DNA of 64,000 nucleotides from Escherichia coli (GTDB lineage Bacteria; Pseudomonadota; Gammaproteobacteria; Enterobacterales; Enterobacteriaceae): NCBI RefSeq assembly GCF_003334785.1, contig NZ_QOWV01000003.1; one strand, 5' to 3'. Shown piece by piece: positions 63,099 to 64,000 of this stretch (position 1 is its first letter; each line of letters starts with the position of its first letter). The notes under the pieces were generated by a model. It saw only the letters and a program-made list of their open reading frames with translations, ran no database searches and was not told where the DNA came from. The position numbers and the translations under genes were made by a program.

Positions 63099-63146
63099 TT
63101 ACAGGTTTATAGTTACGAGTGGGTTAGTTACCCACTCCCTTTAAAA

Positions 63147-63719
63147 TTATTCACCAGACTCTAATCTTTTTTCTCTTTTCTCATCTCTCCTTTTTATTGC
63201 CAAATCGTGTTGCTCTTGCAGATACGTGCGTTCTTCGTTTCTATCGCTTGAAGTATATACGTCTGCTTTTACTTTTTTAGCTCCTTGTGCAATAGGTTTC
63301 CAATCCTCTCTTATACCTTTAATTTGTTCTGCAATTTGCGTCAATGGGCTTCTCGCTCCTAGATAACTTATTCCTTCAAATGTCGCCATGTCATACACAT
63401 ATTCATTTGTTTCTCTATCGTTTGATTTAGGTTTGCTTGCCCAGCTTATATTAATATTATAAATTTGATCTTTGATTTGTTCATACTTACAGAGATTGCT
63501 GGTAAGTGATTGCCCATTTTTTAACACGCTTACCTTACTAAACGGAATCTCACTTTTTTCTCTATGCTCCGCATTTACTAGTGGAGGATCAAACACAACC
63601 TCAACATTATAGGCAGGTGCGTTCCCTGTATTAGCAATGTTAATATCAAAGTAAAAAGCGGCCCAAGGGTTTGGCTCAAGTGTTACAACTATATGGGGTT
63701 GAGCTGATGCGTCAACCAT
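63147..63719 (-). CDS. hypothetical protein, probably 5'-truncated by the IS911-like insertion
   Basis: Minus-strand ORF; first native in-frame ATG at 63719 has a weak RBS; the frame stays open upstream into the IS end at 63740, so track residues MAKFSKPLHHF are IS-derived. Confidence 0.5.
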   Translation of the reverse strand: MVDASAQPHIVVTLEPNPWAAFYFDINIANTGNAPAYNVEVVFDPPLVNAEHREKSEIPFSKVSVLKNGQSLTSNLCKYEQIKDQIYNINISWASKPKSNDRETNEYVYDMATFEGISYLGARSPLTQIAEQIKGIREDWKPIAQGAKKVKADVYTSSDRNEERTYLQEQHDLAIKRRDEKREKRLESGE

Positions 63720-63739
63720 TCTTTTTGTCTCGTCTGCTC

Positions 63740-63924
63740 TGAAGTGGTGAAGTGGTTTACTGAATTTGGCCACCTGAACAGAGGTGATATGCTCACCTCA
63801 GAACAACACAGGTGCTCCAATGAAAAAAAGAAATTTTAGCGCAGAGTTTAAACGCGAATCCGCTCAACTGGTTGTTGACCAGACATACACGGTGGCAGAT
63901 GCCGCCAAAGCTATGGATGTTGGC
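63740..63924 (+). mobile_element. IS911-like (IS3 family) left end with 5' part of orfA, interrupted
   Basis: Terminal TGAAGTGGTGAAGTGG...; orfA from ATG 63820 encodes [35 protein letters not shown], then is cut at 63925. Confidence 0.8.
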
Positions 63925-64000
63925 TGAACCGCCCCGGAAATCCTGGAGACTAAACTCCCTGAGAAAGAGGTAAACAGGATGACTAAAAATACTCGTTTTT
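63925..64000 (+). mobile_element. IS629/IS1203-like (IS3 family) left end nested in the IS911-like element, runs off window
   Basis: Terminal TGAACCGCCCCGG...; orfA start ATG 63978 MTKNTRF... Confidence 0.75.

Overview
This window is an Escherichia/Shigella-type chromosomal segment collinear with the E. coli K-12 cpdB-cysQ-ytfJKL-msrA-tamAB-ppa-ytfQRT-yjfF-fbp-mpl-pmbA-cybC-nrdDG-treRBC-mgtA-ridA-pyrLBI-yjgH-bdcAR-tabA-yjgL-argI-rraB-yjgMN-valS-holC-pepA-lptFG-yjgR-ahr-leuX region. All identifications come from reading the translations and from recalled family and K-12 knowledge; nothing was searched. About 54 kb is conserved core, with REP/BIME repeats and recognisable leader and operator elements (mgtL, pyrL attenuator, ArgR boxes, TreR operator). 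Strain-specific differences in the core: no chpSB between ytfP and ppa, no idn operon between yjgR and ahr, and yjgN carries an in-frame TGA. The accessory part starts at tRNA-Leu leuX (54342-54426). A ~7.3 kb island is integrated at the leuX 3' end and bounded by a 28-bp direct repeat (54402-54429 and 61716-61743). It carries a 636-aa tyrosine integrase, a small alpha+beta protein, a ~1 kb ORF-poor stretch, a frameshifted DUF1643-like gene, and a serine recombinase tightly coupled to a 281-aa protein with a DUF4062/TIR-like N-terminal domain; a convergent small membrane protein and a divergent XRE-type regulator follow. Downstream of the right repeat lie an AbiJ/HEPN-like gene, a convergent gene that runs into an IS911-like end, and an IS629-like element nested in that IS. 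The best candidate for an undescribed system is the recombinase/DUF4062-like/membrane protein/XRE cluster, most plausibly a defence or exclusion module; the AbiJ-like locus is the second candidate.
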